A stretch of 64,000 nt of DNA from Octopus bimaculoides. Lineage: Eukaryota. Below, one piece after another: positions 62,152-64,000 of this stretch; within the stretch, counting starts at the first letter, position 1; each line of letters starts with the position of its first letter. The stretch covers positions 8,452,413-8,516,412 of the forward strand of contig NC_068998.1 of NCBI RefSeq assembly GCF_001194135.2. Direction: 5' to 3'. The position numbers and the translations under genes are program-made. The notes under the pieces are model-generated. The model searched no databases. It was given only the letters and a program-made list of their open reading frames with translations, and was not told where the DNA came from.

Positions 62152-64000
62152 TCTGCCTGGTTCCCAAATCGTTAATCAACAAGTTGAATCAGATAGGACT
62201 AGAATACAAACGCTTGCGGTGAACAATCAAACAACTTTTTTCTTATGGATTACTTCAACATGTACATGATTTTATCAATAAGACCTTGAAGGTAAGAAAA
62301 CTAAAAATTGATAATTTATGCTATGGCAGATGATGCGACAGAGATAAGAGATTCAAGCCTTTACATAAACAATACCCCAAAATGCAGAACTGATATCTAC
62401 AAGGAAAATTCCAATATTAGTTCTGGGAAACAGGCCTCCCAACTATGTTACTCTGCCAACGGAGTATCTTGCATGAAACGTGTTTTCTAATCATTATTTC
62501 TCAAATACAGCACGTCATTATTTATACAAATCAATGACAGTGAACAATTAGTTAGAAACTCAAATGGAAACGAAAGTCAGTATTAAAACAGTGGCCCAAC
62601 CATCATATCACATAAGTTAACAGCGAGTCAATAAAGGTATGTCTACACGGTCATTCAACGTAGCATACGCTTCTGTATTGCCAACAAAAACAGAAAGGAT
62701 GAGGTAATATACTTCTAGATATGTATAGAAGGAGGGAATCATCCCAGAAAATATACCTGTCTTAGGCGGCGAGCCGCAGAGACTGGACATCAACGTTTTC
62801 AAACTAACATATTTACCATTATATTTCAGGCAGATGGAAGGCAGAGGTGATGAAGTAGAGATATCGATATAGCAAATTTTGCTCAATACCACAGATCTGT
62901 TTGTCAGTTGCTTGACCATAACCACTTGTGCATGTCCCTTAGTGGCTGACTATATGCGCATGTCTGATCAGGAGCATGAGTAGTGGGGGAACATCGTAGC
63001 CATATTGAGAAGGATTCATTAGGGTTTGAATAAATGTAGCAAACGTAAATTTTGAAGGAAAATATTAGCCATTTTGGATACATTTTTGGGGTAAGAAAAA
63101 AAGGAAATAAGTTGTTATTCAAGGACAAAAATGATGTTACCCAGTGTAATTCAGAGATAGTAAACTGAAAATGATATTATAAATGTGGTTTATTTGGTGT
63201 GTTTACTTATCATCACACCTGTAACCAAATATGGACATTATATGATACTGTTGAAAAATATTTTGATTATCGAGAGATAAGACTTCTAGAATGGAGAGAA
63301 CATGGTGCATATTAATAATCAACGTTTCACATTTAAGGAATAGATAAAGAATCGTTTATAGTTAAGTGTCTTAATCTATCGACAATATTCTCCAGAGCCG
63401 AAAGCAATAAATTAGCAACAATAGAAATGGGAACTATCAAAAGAAAGCATAAAAATAAATAACCAAAATTTTGAATCATTAAAAGAAAGAAAGTGAAGAA
63501 AGGACAAAAAAAAATTGTTATCTTGGAGACTCTTCAGATAAAGTTTGGGGATTTGAAGAAAAAAAAATTAATTTGGAAACAAATGAAGTGCGTTGAGATA
63601 ACGAGATAAGATATGCCGGAGATGTCATTGCAAGCAACATTTTAACCATTTTAACACGTTAGGTGCGATGTCGTGTTATGTTTACTTTCTTCAGAGATAG
63701 AAGAATGTGTAGATCTATGTAACTGACTATATGGAAAGTGTGAGTCAAGGTTTCATTTTCGATATAGTTATTTAAAGATCAATGTATGCATGTATGCATC
63801 TACACATATGTATGTTTATGTAGCTTTGCATGTATGTATTCACTCATACACACACACACATACACAAACGCATACATACATAAATATATACATATATAAA
63901 TATACATATATTTATATATATATACTTAAATATATATATATATACTTAAATATATATATATATATATATATACTTAAATATATATATATATATATATATA

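Overview
This is AT-rich eukaryotic draft-assembly sequence with 12 N-gaps, most sitting inside (TA)n tracts. The repeat content points to a coleoid cephalopod, probably Octopus; that is an inference from memory of the repeat families. No complete protein-coding, rRNA, tRNA or CRISPR locus is visible, and most ORFs in the track are translated microsatellites. The window looks intronic or intergenic and is dominated by: (1) three groups of tRNA-headed SINEs, about 35 copies or fragments, including a group built from interchangeable middle and tail modules; (2) decayed retrotransposon pieces: a clear R4/Dong-type restriction-like-endonuclease 3' end at 7470-7945, a clear CR1/L2-group RT fragment at 16844-17297, and weaker RT fragments; (3) Tc1/mariner elements: a near full-length maT/DD37D-like copy at 1586-2802, a Tc1 5' half at 40131-40630 and a mariner-derived MITE at 41326-41538; (4) micro- and minisatellites. 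The most interesting unexplained signals are two hammerhead-ribozyme-like motifs (about 39000 and 49820) that share one stem III sequence with and without a loop, a 2x2 mosaic of SINE modules, a near-perfect 137-bp foldback, an E2F/CCAAT motif cluster at about 28900, and a phase 1-1 Thr/Pro-rich candidate exon at 8403-8618. All alignments and translations were done by eye, and repeat boundaries are approximate.
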